Shown: positions 1-12,750 of the stretch, one piece after another
Numbering within the stretch: position 1 is the stretch's first letter
Layout of the letters: every line of letters begins with the position of its first letter
DNA from: Macrostomum lignano
Taxonomy: Eukaryota
DNA length: 64,000 nt
NCBI GenBank assembly: GCA_002269645.1
Contig: NIVC01000272.1
Span: 1 to 64,000 of the forward strand
Reading direction: 5' to 3'
Position numbers and translations under genes: made by a program
The notes under the pieces: model-generated
What the model saw: the letters and a program-made list of their open reading frames with translations, nothing else
Told to the model about the DNA's origin: nothing
The model's database searches: none

Positions 1-49
1 TTTCTATCGCAGATGCCTTGATTTTTCAAAAAAGTCTGAATATATTGTC

Positions 50-2581
50 ATGTCGGCATCGTCATCATCGAACTTAGTTGACAAAGTTGTCCGAATAAAA
101 TTTCACGTGACTCAACGACGAAGTTACAGTTGATCCGAGAATTCGAAGATTATAACTTGTTTGATAAGTCAATCTACCAATCGATTTCATGATATATACA
201 AAGAAAAAAAGACCATCATTGTGTTTTTGAGGGTAAGTTTTTAGTATATTTTATATTATACATGTATTTTTAGGCAGTTGTTATTGTTATGGTGACCATA
301 TAAACAAAAAATGTTTTTTGTAGGCCTATAGTCAACACATTAAACAGTTACTATCTAAACTAGGTAACGAAATTGTGAGTGTGTATATAATATGAGGCTA
401 TAAATACAGTAATTAAAAATAAAGAAATGAGTTTTTAATTATTGATAGGGGGCCTACAATGTGACTAGGTGACTGGTGGTTCATATAATTGACTTTAACT
501 AGCTTAAATTTTGAACCTAACTTTAAATGTTTATGAAAATTCTTCCAACATAAAAATAGCCATTTTGCTTCTAATTAAAAATAGATATTTTTTTAAACCA
601 AGTGTAAAGTTGCCAACTTTTTGGCCAACTTAAGTTGCCAACTTAAAAAAAAACTATTAGAATTTTATTTTGGCATACACTTATTATAATCCAGACTATA
701 GGGTCATATACTTTGTAGTAAATGATAAAAGCTGCCTTTTTATTGAACCAACCTCTACTTTGTTCTTTTTCAAAGCTTTCAACTATCTGCTATACCCCTA
801 GATATCTATAATAAGCTTATTAGTATTATGTATAATTATGATAGCCTAGTAATATTCTTATACTATTGGCAATATTGATAATACTTTTTGGGTATTAAAT
901 ATCAGAAGCCTTATAAGTCTATACTTTTAAAAGTATTAGACTTTATTAACTTCTAATACAATTTTTCAATTTTCCAATAGTTTAACAGTCCTATACCATT
1001 CCCATTGAACCCAGTTGGAATAAGTGGACAAATAGTCAAAGAACTAAGCAATTTAATTTGTTTAGTGATAGCTGCCTATACATTTTTTGAAAATGTTATA
1101 TGCATCTTAATATATACTTGGTTTAAACAACTTAACCTATGTAGCTATGGTCAATGCTTAGAAAAATGATAGAAGATTGCATCTAAATAATAAAATTACC
1201 TTCTCTGATATTTTTGTACTAAAGAAAATGATTTACCTTTTTTATATTTAGAAAACTAAAGAAAGCTAATCCTCATCAAACACTTTAGCACCCACAGTGC
1301 TTTGCTGCCAAAGAGTACATGGAGGACTTGGCAACAATACCTGATGGTGTCCTGCAGCAAGCCAACGTTCAACTTGTTGCGGTTGTGCCCAGCATGCCTG
1401 AGCTGCTGTCGGTATGTCTGATTTGTGTTGCTTTTCATGAGTTTCACCATTGCTGTTCTTGTCTTTATTTATCAAATTGCTTAAATATTTTTCCTAGCTG
1501 AGAGCAATTCAACACTTTGCAGGTGTTCAAAGAGGAGACTGGCTTTAGGCATGCACTTTACTGCGACCCCAGTGCTAACATCTACAGAAAAATTGGCTTT
1601 AAATGCGGAGTTGTGCCGCATGACCAATGTGAGTTATTGAGAACTGCATGATAACACTTGAAAAAGGACCGCATATTTGAAATAGCTCTCTAATCCTCTC
1701 CCAGACCCTCAGTTGCTGGGCCACTCACCCTCCCAGATGCTTAGTTGCTGGCCAGCCACTCTCTCACTCTCTCAGATCCTCAGTTGCTGGCCAGCCACTC
1801 TCTCACTCTCTCAGATCCTCAGTTGCTGGCCAGCCACTTTCTCACTCTCTCAAATCCTCAGTTGCTGGCTAGCCACTCTCTCACTCTCTCAGATCCTCAA
1901 GTTTCTGGCCAGCCACTCTCTCATTCTCTCAGATCCTCAGTTGCTGGCTAGCCACTCTCTCACTCTCTCAAATCCTCAGTTGCTGGCTAGCCACTCTCTT
2001 ACTCTCTCAGATCCTCAGTTTCTGGCCAGCCACTCTCTCACTCTCCAGATCCTCGTTGCTGGCCAGCCACTCTCTCAATCTCTCAGATCCTCAGTTGCTG
2101 GCCAGCCACTCTCTCACTCTCTCAGATCCTCAAGTTGCTGGCCAGCCACTCTCTCACTCTCTCAGATCCTCAGTTGCTGGCCAGCCACTCTCTCACTCTC
2201 TCAGATCCTCAGTTGCTGGCCAGCCACTCTCTCACTCTCTCAGATCCTCAAGTTGCTGGGCCGGCCATCCAGATCCTCACTCTCAGCAACAGACCCGCCG
2301 CCCCTGAACGCCCAGCAGACCCGGTCAACAACAAGCACGTGAAGTCCAGCTGGATGTTAGGCGTCCTGCGCAGCACCTACCGCACGGCCGTGCTTTACCG
2401 GGACTTCAACGCCGACATGCTGGTGAACGGCGGCTGCCTGGTGCTGGGCCGGGCCGGCAGCTGCACTGCAGCCACCTGGACAACGGCATGTTCGACCAGA
2501 TGCCCATCAACAGCCTGCTGGAGCGAGTCTGCGGAGTCACCATGAGCTTCCCCAAGGACCGCGCGCGTGCTGCACCTCTGA
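50..2581 (+). CDS. PRXL2C: Peroxiredoxin-like 2C / AAED1 (AhpC-TSA_2 family) homolog, 4 exons, frameshifted as assembled
   Basis: Exons: ~50-232 (ends KEKKTIIVFLR|gtaagt), 1289-1411 (HPQCFAAKEYMEDLATIP), 1523-1628 (FKEETGFRHALYCDP), ~2288-2581 (NNKHVKSSW, GGCLVLG, DQMPINSLL, RVLHL*). These match recalled AAED1 segments RHFLCYICKEY, GGTLILGPG and HKPINSVL. Exon 1 has an in-frame TGA (131-133) and exon 4 needs several 1-nt shifts, so the start is uncertain. Confidence 0.8.
1707..2286 (+). repeat. 39-bp minisatellite (cagttgctggccagccactctctcactctctcagatcct), ~14 copies, fills intron 3 of PRXL2C
   Basis: Direct tandem periodicity; 13-aa period in the ORF track. Confidence 0.95.
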
Positions 2582-3344
2582 TTCACCGAGGCTGTCATCA
2601 ATTTTTCAGGTCTGCTGCGTTTATTGACAAATTTGTATTGCGGTAAGCAAAAAGTCAAGTCCTAGTTAGTCAGCAAGATTTCCAGTATTCTCATCATTTG
2701 TGTTTCTCTGATAGATTTTAAATACAAGTGCAATGAAGTATTGTTTTGTTCGGCAGTAAATAAAATATCTTTAATTGCATTAAGCTCTTTGATTCATTTC
2801 TCTCATCTCTCATCTCTTCTCTCCCGTCTCTCCTCTCATCTTCTCTTACCGTATTTTGTGTCTGCTCTCTTCTCCTTTATTCCCTCGCCTCGCCTGTTCC
2901 CTCCCTCTCCTCCCGTTCTGGAGAGCACTTTTGCCAGACGCGGTCTCTCACTAATGGGCAGCTGCAGCTAAATGCACTTCATGCAGCGATAGGACAAATG
3001 TGCCATACTGGGCTCTGGTTCATTTCTAAGATATCGAATGCAATGTCCTGCTTCATTATTGTCACTAGAATAGTGGTGCACTTGAATTCCACTCACTCTA
3101 GTACGTGCAAATACTTGCTACTGTAAGTTTAGGTCTGTTTCATGTTTATACAGTAATGGTTTTAATAAAGATGCATGATGTAAAGAATTTCAAACTGAAA
3201 ACGAAGACTATAGAGCTTTTCAGTTTTATTAACTTCCTGTAGGAAAAGATCTGGCCATGCAGCCAAGCTACACGCGCGTCAGAATGTGAAATTAAATGAA
3301 ATCATACTATGCATGCTTTCATTGCATTTTGAGCTGGCTAAAGG

Positions 3345-3778
3345 TCACGGGTGGCTCTTCGCAGCCAGAGGCGGTGGGAAGCCTATAAATGTTCTTTTCA
3401 GGCCGTGGAATAAAGGCGCTTGAGTTTCCTGCTGGCGTAACTCCACCTTCAGATCGGATTTCTCCCGGACTATTGAACACCTTCCGGGTTCAGTCGGGGC
3501 CTGACGCTGTCGCTGGTCGGTGCATTCGCTTTCAGCCGGCTGCAGTGGCTGCTGCTGACTGTCCAGTCTGAGGACTGCCATTCTTTTCGTCAGCTCGTCA
3601 ACCTGAGCCGCTTCGAACTGCAGTCGAAATCGATCAAACTGTACCGATCTGCTCGTTTAAATTTCAATAAACTAAATAGCCTCGATCAGCTCCTTACCTG
3701 ACGCCGACGGACTTCGGTAGAATCCTCCACGAGATGTCCACCGTGCCGCAGCTGATTCGCCCACAGTCTAGCAGTGAG
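3345..3778 (-). CDS. Putative spliced coding exons of an unidentified gene
   Basis: Exon ~3778-3698 (ag|gtaagg donor) joins in phase to exon 3567-3345 (cctcag acceptor, ends TGA). A further gtaagt donor lies near 3888. No recognisable homology. Confidence 0.3.
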
Positions 3779-4887
3779 CTGCGGTGCGTACGATATTCAA
3801 AGGATTTATCACTATTCAAAAGAGGCTTTAAGGTCATCCAGCTACACGTTTTGCTGGGGATACAGGCTGGAAGTGTGGCGAGACTTACACAGAGCTGGTA
3901 ACAGTGCGAATTTCGCGGTGGCAACGGCGGCTGCATGGTGTCTGACATTCTGACACGGCGAGAACTGTTGAACTCGGGGCCTTAATTGCATAATAAATTA
4001 TGCACCAGCTGTAGATAATGGCTCACTTCCACGTGCCGATGCCAACTGCGTTTCGTGATAGACTTTGCAGCACTACATGTATGTACTGCTTCAAACGCAA
4101 TTGATAATTACGAGTATATGATTAACTAATTCAAGCCATAGACAGCTGGACCAAATGAATGTATAGAGTAGTGCATTTTATCGGATCCCGTTCATGTACA
4201 TTTTTGAGCTCCATGGTGGGTCATATTTAGATAGAAATGGGTCTGGGTCTTTATCGAGTGACTGTTCTTGGTCATGACCACGAGCTACATGTATAACTTA
4301 TAGTTTCATTGTACAGTAGTCAAGCCGACAGTCGATCCACAGCCGTTGTCACACACGTTTCGCGCTGAGCAGCTCACCCGCTAGCTCAACTTGAGCAGAA
4401 AACGGAACACTTTAGAGGTAGTGAAAGGACGAAGGAATTAGATTATGAGCACCTGGTGCGACGCCTTCGGCGAAATCATCTCTTAGTGCGATATGGATCC
4501 AGGATTTTTCCGGGAGTCATTCACCCTCTAATTTTTTCGAACCCCTAGACTTCCCTGAATCTGGATTCAAGCCCTGCTAATGTATATGGCCGGCCACAAG
4601 GTAGAAGTTGATTGCATCTCTCTATTGCAATTTTTGCGCCAGGCACGATTTTCTAAACAAAGCTTCCTAAGCCCTGCGTGTCTACTCGTAGAGTCTTCGC
4701 GTGACAGCCCATGTCTCGTAAATACTTTAAAGCCAGGTTCGGACACTTACACTTACTCGAAAGCGTGGATCACAATTAAGCCGCAGACCACTCTTTTATC
4801 AGAAAAGGCCACGACAAAAAAACTTTAGAAATTAAAAATTAATAAATCAGTCAACTACAGCCTTGATCAAAGTGACTGCCCCCGCTT

Positions 4888-5136
4888 TCACTGGTGGTGC
4901 CTCTTGTCACTCTCTCCTTGATGTACTCTATTGAAGTCTTCTAATCTTGTTCCTTTGAGGACTTGTTTCACTTTGGGGAAGAGGTCCAACTCTACAAGCT
5001 GTCTTTGGCTTTGGCTCACTGGAAACGCCTTGTGCGATGTGGCAGTGTAGTGATGTAGCAACCAGCCATTGTTCTCCCATTGTTCGCAATATGTAAAATA
5101 GATGCTTTGACTTTAACTTTGAATTTGACGATCTTT
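4888..5136 (-). mobile_element. Degenerate mariner (Tc1/mariner) transposase remnant
   Basis: Minus frame reads KDRQIQS*, then WENNGWLLHHYTATSHKAFPVSQ and LFPKVKQVLKGTRLEDF. These resemble mariner KARQ..SKVK, WLLHHDNAPAH and LFPKLK..LKG.RF, with stops and internal deletions. Imperfect inverted repeat tagttgaytgatttatt at ~4841-4857 and ~5222-5238. Confidence 0.7.
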
Positions 5137-6148
5137 GACATTGTCCCGCTTCCAATTTGAAATAAGCATACACAGCAAGCAGGTCAATGACACTGTTTGA
5201 TCTATATGATACTATGATAGATAGTTGATTGATTTATTTAATTTCTGTTCTAATGTACAAAAATTAAATCGGTTTTTAGTAGTTCTCGCCTTGAGTCCAG
5301 CAAAAGTAAAAAAATAATTAAGCAAACAATATGCCAGCTACAGATAATTATGAATTAATAACTTTAGTCACGTGACAGCAGACATGGCACACAGCTGCTG
5401 GATAGCGGTATATATAAGTCCAGAAGCAAGTTAAGTTAGTATGCAGTCAGTTGCGGATTCGATCTGCTCAATTAAAAGCCACCTCTTCGACCAGTGTCTC
5501 CAGTGAATATTCGAGCAGTTCAAATTCCGACACTGATACTCTCAACAGATTAAGCAGAAAAAACAGGCCAGATAGCTGTGTATAACAGATTTTCTATTTT
5601 TAATGTACAAACAAAAGTGTTTTCGAAATAAACTCATTTGTAAATAAATAAATATACGCATAGCCCGATGAAAACGGTAACCCAGGACAAGAAGCCTCTC
5701 AGAGTAGTTGCAGGTAACACAGGTAAAATAGGAAAGAACTGACTCTAGCCAGACGACGAGATGTCACGGAAGAAAGTCGCCAGAAAGTCATCGAAGAGAA
5801 GAATGACTCTGTTTAGTCTACTTGAGTAAGTAGAATGTTAAGCGCTAACAATGACTCTTTCGTGACTCAACAGTACAATCGTTTTGAGTCCTTAAAACAG
5901 TCGCCCCAGAGTGCGTTGTTTGCAATGAATTCTTGAACGATTCTTGTCCCAGTAACGTTTTCAACGCATAGGAGAAAAATTACAAATATACTATTAATAG
6001 ATGTTCTATATAGAAAGGTAACGCGCATTTCTGCTCTCTCCTATCTGCCTGTCTGTCTGAAAACAATAATTATGTCCATGGGAGATTTGCTGTTTATTTG
6101 GTGCATGCTTAGACACAGGTGGGGGCCATCCAGCTGGTGATTGACAGC

Positions 6149-8828
6149 TCAGGTGGCCCAGGCCTCCAGCTCGCGCATCTCGTCCTCCTCGGACTTCGCT
6201 CCGGCCGGCTTTTTAGCGGCTGCGGCTTCCGGCTGGCCGCGCGGGGCGCTCGGCAGCTCCGGGACGCTGGTGCCGCCAACGTCAAGAAGCTGCTTGTCCA
6301 GGTCCTCCTGCTCCAGCTCCTCCAGCTCCGCCAGCAGGTCGTCCTCGTCGACATCGTGACCGAAGCCGGCGGGACTGCTAATGGCGTCGCTGATCTCCTG
6401 GGCGATCTCCTGCTGCTCGTGGATCTCGTCCATCACGTCGTGCACCTGCGGGAGCGGCAAAGAGCCGGGCTGCGATCTGGATCTGCCAACTGAGGGTCTG
6501 GATCTGCGAGCTGAGGGTCTGGATCTGCCAGCTGAGGGTCGGGATCTGCCAGCTGAGGGTCTGGATCTGCCAGCTGGGGGTTGGATCTGCTAGCTGAGGA
6601 TTTGGAACTGCTAGCTGAGGGTCTGGATCTGCCAGCTGGGGGTCTGTCTGGATCTGCAAGCTGAGGGTCTGTCTGGATCTGCAAGCTGATAGTCTGGATC
6701 TGCCAGCTGAGGGTCTGTCTGGATCTGCAAGCTGAGGGTCTGGATCTGCTAGCTGAGGGTCTGTCTGGATCTGCAAGCTGAGAGTCTGGATCTGCCAGCT
6801 GAGGGTCTGTCTGGATCTGCAAGCTGAGGGTCTGGATCTGCTAGCTGAGGGTCTGGATCTGCCAGCTGGGGGTTTGGATCTGCTAGCTGAGGGTCTGGAT
6901 CTGCCAACTGAGAGTCTGGATCTGCAAGCTGAGGATTTGGATCTGCTAGCTGAGGGTCTGGATCTGCCAGCTGAGGGTCTGGATCTGCCAGCTGAGGGTC
7001 TGGATCTGCCAACTGAGAGTCTGGATCTGCAAGCTGAGGATTTGGATCTGCTAGCTGAGGGTCTGGATCTGCCAGCTGAGGGTCTGGATCTGCTCCCGAA
7101 TGCTGACAGCATTGAATCCTGGCACCAGTATGCAAGTTTATCCTCTAACTTGAACAGAAAACACACCTGATCGATATTGAGATCCTGGTGAGCAGATTTA
7201 AGTGACTTGGCGGCCACTTGCATGGCCTTGAGCACTTCGGTGTTGGTGCTGGCGTTCTCTAGGGCCTCACGCTGGAATTCGATGGTGGTCAGGGTGCCGT
7301 CGATCTGGGTGAGCTGCTTCTCATACCGCTTCTTCCTGGCCAGAGCTTGCAGGGCCGCTGTGGTGTTGAGACAAGTTTTTGGCGGATGGTCAGTTTAGTG
7401 TGAGAGAGAGGTTGTGAAAAGCATGTCTAGGTCAAGTTTTCTGCATAAGCCCCAAATTAATGCAGCCATGCATAGAATCAAACCAAGAGATATTGCTCAA
7501 GGTCAATCATTATTTAAGAGACTAGGATATAAAATGCAATCATTATTAGTATTAGCTAAAAACAGCCTAAATTTATTTATATGTTACTTTATATTTTTTG
7601 CTTTGATTTCATTCTCTTTCCACAAGGTCATTTTTTGTACTATAAGAATTTTTATAATATATTAAAAATTAAAGTGTTTGTTTTTATATATATAGTAAGC
7701 CTATGAAAGCATTTCTATAGTCAAAAATACAATAGCATGGGACCTTTAAAATAAAATGCATTTGAGGCCAATATTAAAGTCAAGCTTAACCAAGTTAAGT
7801 TAATCTCTGCTTATTTTTTATTTTGATTCTATATATAATACTAGTCTTTAGATAACTAGATACCCTAGGCTTAATGTTAAATTATGCAAGCTAAGAAAGT
7901 ATGTATATCTGATTCTAAGTTAGTTAATTTTTTAAATATTAATTTGTAATAAAAAATTAGCTACCAATGGCAATGCATATTAAATGATTAATTTACTCAG
8001 TTATCTAATATTTTTAAACTTAATAAATAAAGAGAACTATTTAGTTGGAGTTAAATTGAATAGATAATAAGTAGAACAGAAGGCCTAAATGAATAAAATA
8101 TGTAAGACAACTAGGAAGGGCTTGAATATAGATAATTAAAAAGGACAAAGGCAAAGCATGCAACTAAGGAAACAGATAAAATTGAATAGCCTATTATTGA
8201 TTGGTTTATGAGTATAAACAATAATATTATAAAACCTAATATAATATAATAAATACTCCAAACTAAATATTAGATTTCAAGAGTCAATCAAAAAGCAGCA
8301 AAAGAATGATAAGAAAAACAATTTTGAACTGACAGGGGGAGAGAAAACAGAAAGTCAAAACAAAAAATGCATATAAAAAATCAATAGATTATGATGGTCA
8401 TTTTTGGTATAAAAAAGATAGGCCTAACTAACCATCTAAATTAAATTCTAACTAATATATATTTTTATTTTCTTGAAATAACAAGACAAAACATTCATAT
8501 GAAAAATAAAAATAAAAAATAAATTTACAATAGATTGATCATGTATTTCGCCTAGCCTATACCATGATTGCAGAGCAGTCTGAAATGGAGGTCTTATTAG
8601 GCCTATTACTAAGGCAAAGCATAAGCTCAAGGAAAATAAACAATAGCAAATCCACATACCTCGTTTGTTCTTTGTTCCATGTTTCTTTGCTTGCGTAATT
8701 TCTTCGTGAATTTTCTTTTCCAAAAACTGCGACTTTTTATTTAACATTTCTTCTGTGTTTCGCAACCTCTGGATCGCCTCTTGTGGAGACTCAGACTTCT
8801 CCTTCTTCTTTCCGAATAGAAAAGACAT
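6149..8828 (-). CDS. CHMP4: Charged multivesicular body protein 4 (ESCRT-III Snf7/Shrub), 218 aa
   Basis: Exons 8828-8660, 7357-7167 and 6445-6149 join in frame through GT-AG introns. Motifs: MSFLFGKKK, EAIQRLRNTEEML, KKRYEKQLTQIDGTLTTIEFQREALENA, DEDDLLAELEELEQE, ELEAWAT*. Confidence 0.97.
6470..7095. repeat. 21-bp minisatellite (gctgagggtctggatctgcca) in CHMP4 intron 2
   Basis: Tandem periodicity with 25-bp variants. Confidence 0.95.
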
Positions 8829-9969
8829 TGTTCTCAACAATAGCTAAATTAACAAAAAGGACAACAATTCTGGATGACACAAAACAGCTTAACGAGGCTG
8901 GACAACGCCTTGTTTTGCTTTTTGCTTTACTTACAATAAACTCTACAATATAGCAATGCAATCTAAAATAGCAGTTAACATAGCAATTTCGAATTAGTGC
9001 GTTATATTCATCAGCTAGCTTAACAAAGTTTTTTCCTTTCCTGTCAATATAAGAATAAATAATTTTTGAAAAGTGGCAAAAACTATACTTATTTGACAGT
9101 TTTTTAGTTTTTTCTTTCTGAGTACCTGTTTTTTCATCCCTGAATATGTTGTTCAGGCTCTAAAAGTCTTTTAGCCGGATACATTAACTTTTAACTATTT
9201 CGTGACTGAACTGAGCAATTTTAGACAAACTATAGAGTAGGACGCTATTATCTGGGAATCCTACAGATTTTGCAGATTTTCCTGCAGATTTTCCCAACGA
9301 ATTCCACAACGGACTTGCTATTCCACAATATTCTAATTCTATAATAATTACATCGCTAAATTGACTGCTGTGGCGGCCCAATCAGCACGCAGCCAGCGAT
9401 TGCGAGTACATCTGCACTGAAACCCCCTGCCCGCCAAGCTGGGGGTGGGTGTACTCGGACAGACAGTCAATATGCTTAGTCGGGGGGGGGGGGGGTTCGT
9501 GCCACCTTTTTGGCGCGCCTCCCCATGTGATCGCGTGCTTATTTATACCTGACGCGTCAAGCTAATAAACTTTTACTTTTCCTGCTTGCAACTTACTTTA
9601 TTTTTCCGCAAACTGCACATGTACTTGTTGATTTTGTGCGTGTAGCTCGTAGATGTACGAGTTCGAATTTTGAGTACTGATCTTGGAGATCAGAAAATCA
9701 GTAATTGCAAGTTGCTCTAAAATATATCCATCCCAGTTGTCTATTTGCGTGTTTGATTTCTTATATAAAACGCATTTATCCCTATGCAGACCCTGAGTGC
9801 AAAAAAATATTTTTCCGCGTTTAGAAATAACAATGTCGCGCCAAAATTCGATGAAAATTTACTCGGATTCGATCAATTTTATATAGCAAACAGCGTCATT
9901 GATTTATATCAGACCTTGGGTTTGTCTAGAAAAAATTATCAACAGGTTTTCTTGTAAGTTTGGTACGAA

Positions 9970-11630
9970 TCAAAATAACGAGCGCATTATCCCCTCAATT
10001 CTTCTGCGACAAACCAAGGCATTCGGCTCTGGAACGACCGAACGAGACAGCTCAATGATGGCAAGAGCAACAACTATGCCCATTGAGGTTGCAGCGAATG
10101 CGCCGAAGTACACTTTGTCAGTGCCGGTGACGACGGCGGCCCAGTCGTTGGTCGTTTTCGGTTGGACAGTCATCCGGCTGGGTGATTCCGCTGGGTGCTG
10201 CTGCGACTTCGGACTCAGCGTAACAGCTACTGAGCCCTTTGCACGCGGGCTGCCTTTCTGCACAAGCCGGTTGAGAAAGAGAGCGCGGATTAGCTGGTTG
10301 CTGACGCGAGCGCTGCTGTGCTGCTTAAAGTGGCAGCTGATGACGAATGCGTTGCAGAGGACGTTCAGAATCGTCATGAGCACGGCCAAACTGAAGTATA
10401 GGGCTGCAATTACATGTTAATGATTACCGTTAGTTCCTGATGGGAAAAATTTAATAACGCACACGTGACTCACCGATGAGCGGCACGGACTCGCTCTGCG
10501 TAGGCGTGTAGTTGCCAGCCAGCTGCAGGAACACGCACATGGACAGCACGATGGTGATGCTGAAGGAGACTCGCTCGCCGCACTCGAGTGGCATGCGGAA
10601 TGCGAGCGCAGAGATGACGAGGAGAAGGATGCTGGGCAGCATCAGGTTCACCACGTAGAATGTCGGCATCCTCTGAAAAAAATTGTTTCCCTGCGCTCAA
10701 TCGGTGAATTTGAGTCCCCACTTACACCCGATGAGGAAATCTTACAGTGGACGATATTTTCAGTGCCGCAGCTTCAAATGTGATTTCTCCTCGCCAGACC
10801 AGCTTCGCATCCGTGATGCAGAACTCGTTGCTCTTGGAAATCTCGTCAGTTAGCGTCAGGTTTAGAAAGAAGTCCTTTGTGCGCAAACTTGATCGCACTG
10901 CTGGGCTATAATGAGCTGCCAGTTTGGACCTCGCAGGTCGGAACATCGTACGGGAAGCCGAACATGTGCATGCGGCGCTTCGATGTCACGACTAGCTGGG
11001 TGCCGCGAACCACCCAGCTTGAACTTTGCAGCACCACGATGACTCGCTCGTCGGAGACTCGCTTGTAGCTTAATCTGTAGTGGGAAAAAGTCTTTTATAG
11101 TATCCTATGCTTTAGTATATATATTAACAGAGAGTATGATTTCTCGAAAGTTTCAAACACATCATAAAATGAGACATCGGGCTGCCAAAGCAGGTCTGCT
11201 GGGAGGAAAATCATGTCAGTGCCATCCAGACTGGAGTTGAATCGACCCAGCCAGGAAAGGCGGCTGTTCTTCCAATACTTAAATGGTACGTGAATTATTC
11301 AAAGGGGTAATTGATTGACAAAAATCAGTATACTCGTAAAAGAACACGATCTCCTGAGCTGCAGAGTCCTAAAATGATTGCGATGCAGTTTTAATTCAGA
11401 GACCAACAGACACAGGCTCCGCGAGGACCTGGTATTGACCTTCAACCGAAAGTCCTAATCAGTCTTACCACTTTAATACGGCTGCTCAGGTGCACGAAAC
11501 CTGACCGTATTGGCTGTCCCATTGTCCGGCGGAGGCCGGATGGCGCTGTTGTACTCTGAGGCGAGCTTCAGCGTTGCCACCACCTCGGCGTCGGGCGATG
11601 CGGGCGAAGCAGAGGCGGCCGCATGGCTCC
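9970..11630 (-). pseudogene. Nicotinic acetylcholine receptor-like Cys-loop channel subunit, disrupted as assembled
   Basis: Segments: YNSAIRPPPDNGT (~11550), YWKNSRLSW..LWQPDVSFYD (11277-11159), MFGFPYDVPTC (exon from 11074), TM1-TM2 RMPTFYVVNLMLPS..GERVSFSITIVLSMCVF (10672-10474), TM3-TM4 (10403-9970). In-frame TAG at 10908-10906, first loop Cys is Arg, at least two frameshifts. Possible signal-peptide exon 12148-12068. Confidence 0.75.
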
Positions 11631-12750
11631 ATGGCTCCTTCGATTGGTTGGACTCAGAAAGGGAATAGATTGCCGCAGGCTTTTAAACGGCAATGCGGAA
11701 ATATTTGCAGTTGAGGTGAGCATCCCCAATGAGACTTTTCTGGCAGCAACTGTGGCATCGAATTTCTCGACAAGAATCCTTGTTCTGCTCTCAGTGTTGT
11801 TTGCATAGCGCGAACGGGTCTGTTTGCTGCTCTCTCATGCTTGTCGAGCTATGCAAAGTCTCGCGGACGGGTCGCTTTCTTAGCGTGTATCGCCCTTGTC
11901 CTCTTGACAGGAGAAGCCATTCTAATCCAAAAAGTGCGACTGATATTCAGAGGGAGACAGCACTGTAAAAATATCCTAATGACACTACTGGAAGAAGTAA
12001 GGCTTGAATGAAACTGTGCAGATTGAGAGTATGGCAGACGGTTTAAATGCATACAAACCGCATTTACTTTTCCGTGGTAGCTCAACTCCGTGAATACGAG
12101 TAAGATTGTGCAGGACAGAAAGAAACTCAAGCTGAGAAGTTTTGGCATACAAAGCAACCCAGCCCTAAAAATAAGTGCTGTGCAAGAGTTGAAAACAAGT
12201 TCTAAAGATGCGCGCCGGCCTGACGCTCCCAACTCTGCCTCTCGTGTTTATTTTCAGGCAGGATCTTTTTTAAACTAAAAGAAGAATAGCCCAGCCCTCT
12301 GTCCCCACTAAAGCTTGGCCGACGATAAAGCATCGCCTTTTTTAACGAGTTTTTTCCGAGCTCTTCAGAGCTCTAGGGGCTCTGTTTGCTGTGACTACCT
12401 ACGCAGGCACACTGTAGATAGCCTGCACTGCTCGGGCAATGGTGCTGCGCCAGGAGAGAGGCGAGCAGATTTGTCAGTAGGCATTGTGTAGCGAGCGCTG
12501 GGCCCGGCCCCACAAATGAGAGGGAAGGGTGTTGTGCTGCTTCGATGCATTCGGAGCCCAAGTGCGCATGGCAGCTGCAAAAACGCGTAAACACAAACAG
12601 ACAAAAACTGCTTTTGACAACTGGTACAGTATATAATAAGGCTCATTTGAGCACTCGGCCCTGACAATCGGCTGCTTGGACAGGACAAACTCAACTCTAC
12701 TGACATCTCAATTTTCTAATAGAAGAAGACTAACCAACTATAAACTTGAA

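Noticed and set aside
131-133. In-frame TGA in PRXL2C exon 1 as selenocysteine
   Set aside because: It is not at the redox motif, neighbouring frames suggest indels, and no SECIS was recognised.
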